DNA from: Somniosus microcephalus | Lineage: Eukaryota | Direction of reading: 5' to 3' | NCBI GenBank assembly: GCA_052327205.1 | Contig: CM126203.1 | Coordinates: 224,440,001-224,504,000 of the forward strand | DNA: 64,000 nucleotides | Shown: one piece after another, positions 39,151-50,954 of the stretch | Numbering within the stretch: the stretch's first letter is position 1 | Layout of the letters: every line of letters starts with the position of its first letter | The notes under the pieces: generated by a model | The model's input: only the letters and a program-made list of their open reading frames with translations | Database searches by the model: none | What the model was told of the DNA's origin: nothing | Made by a program: the position numbers and the translations under genes

Positions 39151-40238
39151 AACCGGCGCAAGCACCGAGGCCGGACCAGTTCCAGGGAGCAGCGAGGCGA
39201 GGAGCCCGGTATAAAAACCGGCGCGAGCACCGAGGCCCGACCAGTTCCAGGGAGCAGTGAGGCGAGGAGCCCGGTATAAAAACCGGCGCGAGCACCGAGG
39301 CCCGACCAGTTCCGGGGAGCAGCGAGGCGAGGAGCCCGGTATAAAAACCGGCGCGAGCACCGAGGCCCGACCAGTTCCGGGGACCAGCGAGGCGAGGAGC
39401 CCGGTATAAAAACCGGCGCGAGCACCGAGGCCCGACCAGTTCCGGGGACCAGCGAGGCGAGGAGCCCGGTATAAAAACCGGCGCGAGCACCGAGGCCCGA
39501 CCAGTTCCGGGGACCAGCGAGGCGAGGAGCCCGGTATAAAAACCGGCGCGAGCACTGAGGCCCGACCAGTTCCGGGGAGCAGCGAGGCGAGGAGCCCGGT
39601 ATAAAAACCGGCGCGAGCACCGAGGCCCGACCAGTTCCGGGGAGCAGCGAGGCGAGGAGCCCGGTATAAAAACCGGTGCGAGCACCGAGGCCCGACCAGT
39701 TCCGGGGAGCAGCGAGGCGAGGAGCCCGGTATAAAAACCGGCGCGAGCACCGAGGCCCGACCAGTTCCGGGGAGCAGCGAGGCGAGGAGCCCGGTATAAA
39801 AACCGGCGCGAGCACCGAGGCCCGACCAGTTCCGGGGAGCAGCGAGGCGAGGAGCCCGGTATAAAAACCGGCGCGAGCACCGAGGCCCGACCAGTTCCAG
39901 GGAGCAGCGAGGCGAGGAGCCCGGTATAAAAACCGGCGCGAGCACCAAGGCCCGACCAGTTCCAGGGAGCAGCGAGGCGAGGAGCCCGGTATAAAAACCG
40001 GCGCGAGCACCGAGGCCCGACCAGTTCCAGGGAGTAGCGAGGCGAGGAGCCCGGTATAAAAACCGGCGCGAGCACCGAGGCCCGACCAGTTCCAGGGAGC
40101 AGTGAGGCGAGGAGCCCGGTATAAAAACCGGCGCGAGCACCGAGGCCCGACCAGTTCCAGGGAGCAGTGAGGCGAGGAGCCCGGTATAAAAACCGACGCG
40201 AGCACCGAGGCCCGACCAGTTCCAGGGAGCAGCGAGGC
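39151..40238 (+). repeat. 65-bp tandem array (~16.7 copies) forming the 5' end of a CR1
   Basis: Unit ccagttcc(a/g)gggagcagcgaggcgaggagcccggtataaaaaccggcgcgagcaccgaggcccga recurs every 65 nt (39176, 39241, 39306 ... 40216). Confidence 0.97.
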
Positions 40239-40473
40239 ATACCAACTCAGCAGCGGGGAGAGAGGTAAAAAGTAATCAGAGTGTGACATCACCAGGGAGC
40301 AGGTAAGTGATTGGTTGGTGAGTATTTCTCTTTTTTAAACTTTAACTCTGTGGTTTATAGTTGCTAAGGTCTTTTCTGGTTTAGCGGGGACTGTTGGTAA
40401 ACCATACAAGCGCCTTAGAGTTTATCTTTAATTGGTGATAGTGAATTAATTTAAATTAATTAAAGGGTAAGTC

Positions 40474-41418
40474 ATGTCAGGACAGTCCATCCCCGTGTTA
40501 TGCTCCTCTTGCTCTATGTGGGAATTCAGGGACGCTGCCTGTGTCCCTGATGACCATGTGTGCCAGAAATGCATCCAGCTGCAGCTACTAGCAGACCGCA
40601 TTGCGGCACTGGAGCTGCGGATGGATGGGCTTTGAAGTATTCACGATGCTGAGAGGGTCGTGGATAACACGTTTAGTGAGGTGGTCACACCGCAGGTAAG
40701 GGCTGCACAGGCAGAAGGGAAATGGGTGACCATCAGGCAGAGCAGTAGAGGCAGGCAGGTAGTGCAGGGGACCCCTGTGGCCATCCCCCTCTCAAACAGG
40801 TATACGGATCTGGATACTGTTGAGGGGGATGACTTACCAGAGGAAGGCAGCAGCAGCCAACTTCCTGGCACCAGGGGTGCTTCTGCTGCTCGGGAAGGGA
40901 GGAAAAAGAGTGGGAGAGCAATAGTGGTAGGGGATTCTATCGTAAGGGGAACAGATAGGCGTTTCTGTGGCCATAGACGTGACTCCAGGATGGTTTGTTG
41001 CCTCCCTGGTGCCAGGGTCAAGGATGTCACTGAACGGCTGCAGGGAATTCTGAAGGGGGAGGGTGAACAGTCAGAGGTCGTGGTTCACATTGGGACCAAT
41101 GACATGGGTAGGAAGAGGGATGAAGTCCTGCAGCAAGAATTTAGGGAGCTAGGTAGCAGATTAAAGAGCAGGACCTCAAAGGTTGTAATCTCTGGATTAC
41201 TCCCGGTGCCACGTGCTAGTGAGTATAGGAATAGGAGGATAGAGCAGATGAATGCGTGGCCAAAGAGTTGGTGCAGGAGGGAGGGCTTTAGTTTCCTGGA
41301 TCACTGGGCCTGCTTCTGGGGAAGGTGGGACTTGTACAAGTCAGACGGGTTGCACCTGAACCAGAGTGGGACAAATATCCTTGTGGGGAGGTTTGCTAGC
41401 ACTGTTCAGGGGGTTTAA
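40474..41418 (+). pseudogene. CR1 ORF1 (zinc finger/leucine zipper and SGNH esterase), one internal stop
   Basis: MSGQSIPVLCSSC...HVCQKC, TGA at ~40633, then VVGDSIVRG, CCLPGARV, HIGTND, SDGLH. Confidence 0.88.
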
Positions 41419-41421
41419 ACT

Positions 41422-44407
41422 AAAATGGCAAGGGGTTGGGAACCTGAGCAGGGAGACAGAGGAAAGGGAAACAGGGATAAAAGCAAAAGATAGGAAGGGG
41501 AAAAACAAAAGTGGCAGTCAGAGAAATCAACCGTTTAAATCAAACGTGGCCACAGTAAATAATAATTCGAATAAGTCTAAGGGCGTTAAAAAAACAAGCC
41601 TGAAGGCTTTGTGTCTTAATGCGAGGAGCATTTGTAATAAGGTGGACGAATTGGCTGCGCAAATAGAGGTAAACGAATATGACTTGGTTGGGATTACGGA
41701 AACGTGGCTCAAGGATGGCCAAGACTGGGAACTCAACATCCAGAGGTATTCGATATTCAGGAAAGATAGGCAAAAAGGAAAAGGAGGTGGGGTAGCATTA
41801 CTGGTTAAAGAAGGGATTAATACAATTGTAATGAAGGATATTAGCTCTGATGATGTGGAATCTGTATGGGTAGAATTGAGAAATACTAAGGGGAAAAAAA
41901 CTTTAGTGGGAGTGGTATATAGACCTCCCAACAGTAAGGCGGAGGTAGGGGATGGCATGAAAAGGGAAATTAAAGAAGCGTGCAATAAGGGCACAGCAGT
42001 CATCATGGGTGACTTTAATCTACATATAGATTGGGTCAAACAAATTAGTAACAATACTGTGGAGGAGGAATTCCTGGAGTGTTTACGTGATGGTTTCCTG
42101 GACCAATATGTCGAGGAACCAACCAGAGATCAGGCCATCTTAGACTGGGTATTATGTAACGAGAAAGGATTAATTAGCAATCTTGTTGTACGAGGCCCCT
42201 TGGGTCGGAGTGATCATAATATGATTGAATTCTTCATTAAGATGGAGAATGAAGTAGTTGACTCAGAGACAAGGGTCCTCAATTTAAATAAAGGAAACTA
42301 CGATGGTCTGAGGAGCGAGTTGGGTAGGATTGATTGGGGAATGGCACTCAAAGGGTTGACGGTGGATAGGCAATGGCAAACATTCAAAGACCGAATGGAT
42401 GAGCTACAGAATTTGTTCATCCCAGTTTGGCATAAAAATAAAACAAAAAAGGTGACTCAACCGTGGCTAACAAGAGAAATTAGGGATAGCATAAGATCCA
42501 AGGAGACGACATATAAATTGGCCAGAAAAAGCAATAATCCTGAGGATTGGGAGCAGTTTAGGATTCAACAAAGGAGGACAAAGGGATTAATTAAGAAAGG
42601 GAAAATAGAATATTAGAGTAAGCTAGCAGGGAACATAAAAACTGACTGTAAAAGCTTTTATAGATATGTGAAGAGAAAAAGATTGGTGAAGTCAAGCGTA
42701 GGTCCCTTGCAGTCAGAATCAGGGGAATTTATAATGGGAAACAAAGAAATGGCGGACCAACTAAATTCATACTTTGGTTCTGTCTTCACAAAGGAGGACA
42801 CAAATAACCGCCCAGAGATGTCGGGGAACATAGGGTCTGATGAAAGGGTGGAACTGAAAGAAATCAGTATTTGTAGGGAAATGGTGTTAGGAAAATTGAT
42901 GGGACTGAAGGCCGATAAATCCCCAGGGCCTGATAATCTACATTCCAGGGTACTTAAGGAAGTGGCCCTAGAAATAGTAGATGCATTGCTGGTCATCTTT
43001 CAGAACTCGATAGACTCTGGAACAGTACCCATGGATTGGAGGGTAGCTAATGTTACCCCACTATTCAAAAAAGGTGGTAGAGAAAAAGTGGGGAATTATA
43101 GACCGGTAAGCCTGACATCGGTTGTGGGGAAAATGCTAGAGTCTATTATAAAAGATGTAATAGCAGAGCACTTGGAAAGCAGTGACAGGATCGGACAAAG
43201 TCAACATGGATTTACAAAAGGTAAATCATGCTTGACTAATCTACTGGAATTTTTTGAGGATGTAACTGGTAAAATAGATAAGGGAGAACCAGTGGATGTG
43301 GTGTATTTGGACTTTCAGAAGGCTTTCGATAAGGTCCCACATAAGAGATTAGCGTGCAAAATTAAGGCACATGGGATTGGGGGCAAGGTATTGACTTGGA
43401 TAGAGAACTGGTTGGCGGACAGAAAGCAAAGAGTTGGAATAAACGGGTCATTTTCCGAGTGGCAGGCAGTGACTAGTGGGGTACCGCAAGGATCGGTCCT
43501 AGGAACCCAGCTGTTCACAATATATATTAATGATCTGGACGAGGGAATTGGATCTAATATCTCCAAATTTGCAGACGACACAAAGCTGGGTGGGAGGGTA
43601 AGCTGTGAGGAGGATGTCGTGAAACTCCAGTACGATTTGGACAGGTTGGGTGATTGGGCAGAAACATGACAAATGCACTATAATGTGGATAAATGTTAGG
43701 TTATCCACTTTGGTGGCAAAAACAGGAAGGCAGATTATTATTTGAATGGCAATAGATTGGGAGAAGGGGAAGTGCAAAGAGACCTGGGTGTCCTTGTGCA
43801 CCAGTCGCTGAAGGTAAGCATGCAGGTGTAGCAGGCGGTTATGAAGGCAAATGGTATTTTGGCCTTCGTAGCAAGAGGGTTTGAGTACAGGAACAAGGAT
43901 GTCTTGCTACAGTTGTACAGGGCCTTGGTGAGACCGCACCTTGAGTATTGTGTGCAGTTTTGGTCGCCTTATCTGAGGAAGGACGTTCTTGCCATGGAAG
44001 GAGTGCAGCGAAGATTCACCAGGCTGATACCTGGGATGGCAGGAATGACGTATGAGGAGAGATTGTGTTGATTAGGCTTATACTCACTGGAGTTTAGAAG
44101 ATTGAGAGGGGATCTCATCAAAACCTATAAAATTCTGTCAGGCCTGGACAGACTAGATGCAGGAAGGATGTTTCTGATGGCCGGGGAGTCCAGAACCAGG
44201 GGTCATAGTCTAAGGATAAGGGGTAAGCCATTTAGGACTGAAATGAGGAGGAATTTCTTCACCCAGAGAGTGGTGAACCTGTGGAATTCTCTGCCACAGA
44301 GGGCGGTGGAGGCCAGTTCATTAAATATATTCAAGAAAGAGTTGGATATATTTCTTAAGGCTAAAGGGATCAAGGGATATGGGGAGAAGGCAGGGACAGG
44401 GTACTGA
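41422..44407 (+). pseudogene. CR1 ORF2 (APE endonuclease and RT) with nonsense mutations
   Basis: [52 protein letters not shown]. Start is approximate. Confidence 0.9.
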
Positions 44408-44706
44408 ATTTGGATGATCAGCCATGATCTCATTGAATGGCGGAGCAGGCTCAAAGGGCCGAATGGCCTACTCCTGCTCCTCTCTTCCATGTTTCTATGT
44501 AACAACACCAGCCACACCAGCAGCCTTCTCCTCAATGACATGATGGGCCACAAAAAAGAGGGGGGCTCCACAGGACTGCAACGCACCGGAGGCAATACTC
44601 GCAACACAACGTATAGAGGCAGAGGATGAGCTTCCTCAACATGATTTCAGGTGGCTCAGGCTATCATGCCTGGTCATCGTAGACATTTCTAGCTTGCTGT
44701 AACAAG

Positions 44707-44865
44707 AGATATATTTCTTAAGGCTAAAGGTATCAAGGGATATGGGGAGAAAGCAGGGACAGGGTACTGAATTTGGATGATCAGCCATGATCCCATTAAA
44801 TGGCGGAGCAGGCTCGAGGGGCCGAATGGCCTACTCCTGCGCCTATCTTCTATGTTTCTATGTTT
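44707..44865 (+). mobile_element. Short CR1 3' tail insertion
   Basis: Nearly identical to 44345-44500. Confidence 0.85.
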
Positions 44866-45025
44866 CTAAGACCTGCTGTCCAGCGGTCTGGTGGACACTC
44901 CTTGCCAGTGGCTGTGAAAGTCACCACCGCCCTCAACTTCTTCGCCTCAGGCTCCTTCCAGGGATCTGCAGTAGACATTTGCGGGATCTCCCAGTCGGCT
45001 GCACACAAATGCATCACACAGGTCA

Positions 45026-46758
45026 ATACATACTTTGGTTCTGTCTTCACAAAGGAAGTCACAAATAACCTCCCAGAGATGTCGGGGAACATAGCGTCTA
45101 ATGAGAGGGAGGAACTGAAAGAAATCAGTATTTGTAGGGAAATGGTGATCGGGAGTTTGACGGGATTGAAGGCCGATAAATCCCCAGGGCCTGATAATCT
45201 ACATCCTAGGGTACTTAAGGAAGTGGCCCTAGAAATAGTAGATGCATTGCTGGTCATCTTCCAAAATTCTATAGACTCTGGAACAGTACCCATGGATTGG
45301 AGGGTAGCTAATGTTACCCCACTATTCAAAAAAGGTGGTAGAGAAAAAATGGGGAATTATAGACTGGTAAGCCTGACATTGGTAGTGGGGAAAATGCTAG
45401 AGTCCATTATAAAAGATGTAATAGCAGAGCACTTGGAAAACAGTGACAGGATCAGACAAAGTCAACATGGATTAACAAAAGGTAAATCGTGCTTGACTAA
45501 TCTACTGGAATTTTTTGAGGATGTAACTGGTAAAATAGATAAGGGAGAACCAGTGGATGTGGTGTATTTGGAATCAGAAGGTTTTCGATAAAGTCCCGCA
45601 TAAGAGATTAGCGTGTAAAGTTAAGGCACATGGGATTGGGGGCAAGCTATTGACTTGGATAGAGAACTGGTTGGCGGACAGGAAGCAAAGAGTTGGAATA
45701 AATGGGTCTTTTTCCGAGTGGCAGGCAGTGGCTAGTGGGGTACCGCAGGGATCAGTGCTCGGACCCCAGCTATTCACAATATATATTAATGATCTAGACG
45801 AGGGAACTAGATGTAATATCTCCAAGTTTGCAGATGACACAAAGCTAGGTGGGCGTGTGTGCTGTGAGGAGGATGCCGAGAAACTCCAGTATGATTTGGA
45901 CAGGTTGGGTGATTGGGCAGATGTGTGGCAGATGCAGTATAATGTGGATAAAGGCGAGGTTATCCATTTTGGTGGCAAAAACAGGAAGGCAGATTATTAT
46001 CTGAATGGCAATAGATTGGGAGAAGGGGAAGTGCAACGAGACCTGGGTGTCCTTGTGCACCAGTCGCTGAAGGTAAGCACGCAGCTGCAGCAGGTGGTTA
46101 AGAAGGCAAATGGTATGTTGGCCTTCGTAGCGAGAGGGTTCGAGTACAGGAACAAGGATGTCTTGCTGCAGTTGTACAGGGCCTTGGTGAGGCCACATCT
46201 TGAGTATTGTGTGTAGTTTTGGTCGTCTTATCTGAGGAAGGATGTTCTTGCCATGGAGGGAGTGCAGCAAAGATTCACCAGACAGATACCTGGGATGGCA
46301 GGAATGACATATGAGGAGAGATTGGGTCAATTGGGCTTATACTCGCTGGAACCTAGAAGAATGAGAGGGGATCTCATTGAAACTTAGAAAATTCTAACAG
46401 GACTAGACAGGCTAAATGCAGGTAGGATGTTCCCGATGGCCGGGGAGTCCAGAACCAGGTGTCACAGTCTAAGGATAAGGGGTAAGCCATTTAGGACAGA
46501 GATGAGGAGGAATTTCTTCACCCAGAGAGTAGTGAAGCTGTGGAATTCTCTAGCACAGAAGGCAGTTGAGGCCAATTCATTAAATATATTCAAGAAGGAG
46601 TTAGATATATTTCTTAAGGCTAAAGGGATCAAGGGATATGGGGAGAAGGCAGGGACAGAGTACTGAATTTGGATGATCAGCCATGATCTCAGTGAATGCC
46701 GGAGCAGGCTCGAGGGGCCGAATGGCCTACTCCTGCTCCTATCTTCTATGTTTCTATG
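45026..46758 (+). mobile_element. 5'-truncated CR1 insertion
   Basis: RT motifs and tail. Flanked by (g)tca, and the transposase continues on both sides. Confidence 0.9.
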
Positions 46759-47819
46759 TCACCGATGGCAAGTTTCATAAATCAGCCAATTATATCAACT
46801 TTGTCACTGATGAAGCCAGTGTTAGTGAGCGGCTTTGCAGCTGTGGCTGATTTCCCACATGTGCAGGGCATCATCGACTGCACGCATGTGACCATGAAAG
46901 CGCCCCAGCTTCACCCAGGAGGTTTTGTGAACTGCAAGGGCTTCCACTCCCTCAATGTGCAGCTCATCTACAACCATAAAAAGATGATTATGCATGTGTG
47001 CGCCAGATGCCCTGGCAGCTGTCATAACTCTTTTGTGCTGCACCAGTCCACCTTCCCTGAGCTCTTCGCACCTCCAGACAAACTTACCGGCTGGCTGTTT
47101 GGAGACAAGGGCTATCCATTGAAGGTGTGGCTCATGACACCCTTTGAGGAGGCCAAGTAATGAGGCTGAGGAGCGTGTCCACCAGATGTGTCATAGAGTA
47201 ATAGACATGCAGAAGCGCTTCAGATGCCTTGACAGATCTGGAAGAGAACTTCAATATGCACCAGCCAGGGTTTCCTGAATCATCGTTGTCTGCTGCGCGC
47301 CGCACAACATAGTGCAGCAGCGAGGATTGGAGCTGCAGGAAGATCATGGCACACAGCACACAGCTTCTTCAAAGGAGGAGGAGGAAGAGCAGGTGGAAAA
47401 TGAGGAGGAGAAATCTGAGGTGGAGATGCCACCAGCAGCGGCGCACTTTGCTGCCCAGGAAGACCGGGATGGCCTCATTATGGCCACATTAACTTAACTT
47501 GATCCAATGCAGCCACATGCCTGCCACTTGCTGTACTAATTCCCCCCACCTGCTCCCTCCCCTCCTCCAACAACACCATAAAGCATCCCTACAATTACCA
47601 AGCCATTGCTCTCACCCAAAGGCCCAATGTTGGAGGTTAAATAATGTGCCACCACTCAGTCCAAGTGACAAAGTCACTTCCAAGGTTTGAGGCAAAAGTG
47701 GAAAAGACCAGAAAGTGGTGCAAAGAAAAACATTCCAGTGTCCAATCAAAACAACTGAAACCTAGCACTAACATTTGTTGATACACCCACGTGCTTACCC
47801 TTGTGACTCTACTTTTGTG

Positions 47820-49108
47820 TCATTTTTTGTTTGCGAGTGCTTCTACGAGGGGTAACCCCTGTGGCTTCAGCAGAGGTAGTTTCAGGCTGCTCACTTCCCT
47901 GCTGCGACTGGTTAGCCACTTTTGGTGGACATCCTGTGGGTTTTGGAGCCTGTGAGGGCTCCGCCAAAGACTGCTCCTCCTGCTACTGTGCAGGGGCAGA
48001 CTCAGCCATCGCGATCTGAGGAGGCATCTGGGGCTCTGACTGAGAGGGTGGCAACGGGGAAGAAGTGAAAGTGCTTTGAGAAGAGCCCCCACTTCCATGT
48101 CCCCTCTCACCATCATCCCTCTCATGGGCCACCTGAACTTTCCTGCGAGCAAGGAGCTGAAGAACACCTTGCTGCACAGCAGTGGGATGATGAACGCCCA
48201 AGTCAATGTTTACATCCCTCCTTGAGAGGAGGTCTATGAGCATCAGCAATCTTTTGTCCATAGCTAGCATGTGCTCGCGTGAGTGGTGCATTTGCTGCTC
48301 CATGCAGGTGGCCATCCTTTCCATGGAAGAGCACATTGTTGCCATCCCCTGTGACATGGTGGTGCTCATGTTGGATATGGACTCCTCTATTCTCTGAATA
48401 TTTGCAGACATCGTGGCTGCAAAAGATGCCAGAGCCTCATGCAATTGTTGCTGCCCCTCCAAGATCTCCCTGTTTCTCGATGACCCCCAAGGTTCAGGGT
48501 CTCCCTGTTGTTGTGGGCTTTCTTCTCCTGCAAGGAGGGAAAGAGAAGTTTGAGTGAGAGTGATGAAATCAGTGTAAGGAATGGATGGGTTACATCTGTA
48601 GAAGGTGATTATGAGGGAGTGGGGTGCCATTGCCAAATGGCCTCCTTCTGTGGTGTTACTTGCTATGATTGCATTAGGATGAGGGCGAGTGTGAGGGGTG
48701 GTTAGTCAGTTGGGGATGTGAGTAGGGAAATAGACAGAGAGGGACGGGTGGATGTGCAAGGTAGGTTGGAGTGAGGAATGATGTGCAGGAGTAGGCTTGG
48801 GAAGGCTTAGTGATGGGGATGTGTTGACAGGCACTTCAGGATGAGGATGAGTGTGGCATTGCACTCACCTTTCCTGACCCCATGAGATCATTCAAGCGCT
48901 TCCTGTACTGTATCTAGGCCCTCCTGACCACATCCCTGCTGCTGACCTCCTCAGTAATATCCAGCCAGGCTGTCTTTGTTGCTTGTGGAGGTCTCCTTTG
49001 CCTGTCAGGAGGGAAGATGACCTCCCTGCGTGCTCTGACAACCTCCACAAGAGTATGCAAGGAAGAATCTGAGAACCGGGGTGCAGCCCTCTGCCTTTGG
49101 CTATCCAT
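47820..49108 (-). pseudogene. Harbinger Myb/SANT-like DNA-binding protein gene, two exons
   Basis: Exon 1 (49108-48869) MDSQRQRAAPRFSDSSL...AWLDI..., donor AAG|gtgagt, acceptor ccttgcag| at 48528, exon 2 begins EKKAHNNRE. Confidence 0.8.
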
Positions 49109-50312
49109 GTTTCACGTTTTTTCTCTTCTGTGGCCTTTCTTTGACACCTTCCACCCTCCTCTGGAAACCTTCAAGTGAGTTCAGTGCAAGGCTGCTTTAA
49201 ATATGGGCGCTGGAAACAAGTCATCGATGACGTAATCAGACTCGCACCATTTAATAGGGTTTTGCTGAAAACATCGAGTTTTGGACCTGCTACGCCGCCC
49301 GCATGCACCCAACCGAACGCGAAGGTGAAAATTCTGGCCCATCATGGGTTCAAATACTACAACTGAACGTACCATAGATGAATTGAGGTATATCTTTGCA
49401 TGTCATGGCTTAACTGAAGAGTTTGTTTCTGACAATAGCCCTCAGTTACATTCTCCTCTGTTCCAACAATTCATGAAACAAGACGGTATCAAACACACTC
49501 TTGTTCCATCATATCATCCAGCTTCAAATGGAACAGCCGAAAGGTCAGTCAGACTAGTGGAAGGAGCTCTCAAAATACAAGTGTTGCAGGGTTGTTCGGG
49601 ACTCAGCATAAAGCAACATTTGGCAAATTTCTTGCTGAAGTACAGGACTACTTTGCACACTAAAACTGGACATACCCCAACAGAACTCTTGCTGAAGAAG
49701 AGATTGCGAACATGACTGAGTCTTGATTAGCCAAATTTGGCCTCAAGAGTTGAACAGAAACAGTTGAGTCAGAAACGTTATTATGACACCAATCAGAAAG
49801 AACACAGTTTCAGACAAAACGAGTGTGTTCATGTTCTCAGTCCCCCTGGCAAGTCGAGTTCACACAAGTGGAATGCAGGAACCATAGTAGACTTTGGTGG
49901 AACCAAGAGATATTTGGTTGAAATTGGTGACAAAATCCGAAGTGCTCATGTAGATCAAATGATCTCTGCTAGAGATGAACCAAGACGTGATCGTGAACCA
50001 CTTGATTATGAACTCATAGATGATTTTGACTCCGTTCAGACTTCAGTAACTGAAGTACCAGGTTCAAACAAGTCTGAGATAGAAACAGGATCATCTTTGA
50101 GTTTGAAAACTAAACAAAACAGCCTGAAAATTGGTTCAACAAGGAGATTAGGAAGACTCCGCAAACCTGTTATTAAACTGGATTTGTAGTTCATTTAAAA
50201 GAAAAGCCAGGAGTTTTGTTAAGTGGTACATGTAATACTGAGAAAAATAAGAGCATAGCTTTGTTATATTTGAGAAAAGAATACATCCACTGATTTTAAA
50301 GGGGGAAAGCAG

Positions 50313-50433
50313 TGTAATGTATCACATGGTTTTGTACGAGCATGCTCAGTTCGCCCTAGCCTAATAAACACGCACATGGCCTAGCAACTCATCGTGTCAC
50401 TGTCCCTCATTTGTTCTACTCAAATATATTACA
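50313..50433 (+). repeat. 3' LTR (121 bp) of the old Gypsy
   Basis: TGTAAT...ATTACA with internal AATAAA, diverged repeat of 34835-34946. Confidence 0.9.
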
Positions 50434-50954
50434 AGGTAGGAAATCTGGTTCCTGTACACCCTCATGGTGCAAGGCCTCCTCTGACCTTCCCTCTTTCTCC
50501 CTCTTCTAGCAGCCTGTGCAGCTCTCTGCTGTCTTCATTTCTGCCGCTGCCCCTGCTCCTCATGTCATATCCCCAATGGCAGACCAAACAGAATACTGAT
50601 GTTCCAACAATGTTGGGAAAGCAATCATTTGACAGAGTGCAGGACACCCCAAAAGTCACACTCCAAGTTCAGCTCAATGAAACAGTAGTCAAAAATACCA
50701 TCAATATTCAGTAAAATACTCTCCAGTAGCCAATGAAGTCCAAACAGAGGCTTACTTTAGTGGAGGTGAATATCCCTTTAAATAGTGCTTCTGCAGCATG
50801 TCAAGGCGATGACTTCATAGTCGAAGTTAAGACCCAGCGAATCAGTGCTTCCACACACAAAATTTCCACACACAAATGGATCCTTATTGAGGTGTAGGAG
50901 CCTCGTTTTAATATTTAAATCAATGCGGCGCTCATCAAAAAAAATCTCTGGACC
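50434..50954 (-). mobile_element. 5' part of the Harbinger interrupted by the Gypsy
   Basis: Removing the Gypsy and one TSD restores the frame RVYRNQISY-LNFIDEQW across 50434/34829. The right end is uncertain. Confidence 0.7.

Larger units (their letters stand above)
39151..44500 (+). mobile_element. Full-length CR1 LINE (few in-frame stops) inserted in the Harbinger transposase
   Basis: 5' array, UTR, ORF1 from ATG 40474, ORF2 to 44407, tail atgtttctatgt. The Harbinger His/Gln-rich frame resumes at 44501 (possible aac duplication). Confidence 0.93.
44501..47497 (+). pseudogene. Harbinger DDE transposase (HARBI1-like), broken by two CR1 inserts
   Basis: [38 protein letters not shown] (44870-45025), [32 protein letters not shown] (46800-47160), acidic tail. 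Confidence 0.9.
37933..49340 (+). mobile_element. Autonomous-type PIF/Harbinger transposon (decayed): transposase (+) and convergent Myb/SANT gene (-)
   Basis: TIR gggctaaaattttc / gaaaattctggccc interrupts the Gypsy integrase. Both Harbinger genes are present. Confidence 0.9.
34835..50433 (+). mobile_element. Old Mag-like Gypsy LTR element interrupted by a Harbinger element
   Basis: Short LTRs at 34835-~34946 and 50313-50433, PPT aaagggggaaagcag, TSD AGTTA/AGGTA. gag (CYRCNGNH), RT (WATPIVIVPK, LCGDYK), RNase H ([12 protein letters not shown]). Integrase is split at HSKWIEVKH|MGSNTTT. Confidence 0.9.

Noticed and set aside
39151-40238. Possible CRISPR array
   Set aside because: Units are contiguous with no unique spacers, there are no cas genes, and the context is eukaryotic.
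39082-40292. Three overlapping 363-390 aa minus-strand ORFs
   Set aside because: Artefact of a 65-bp repeat with no stop codons on that strand. All three frames give the same cyclic peptide.
41527-46330. Numerous antisense ORFs over CR1 ORF2
   Set aside because: Shadow ORFs that recur opposite every CR1 copy, with no independent coding evidence.
44800-47160. Apparent CR1-Harbinger fusion ORFs or a domesticated HARBI1 gene
   Set aside because: Chance in-frame junctions made by CR1 insertion. The transposase has stops and inserts and sits between TIRs.
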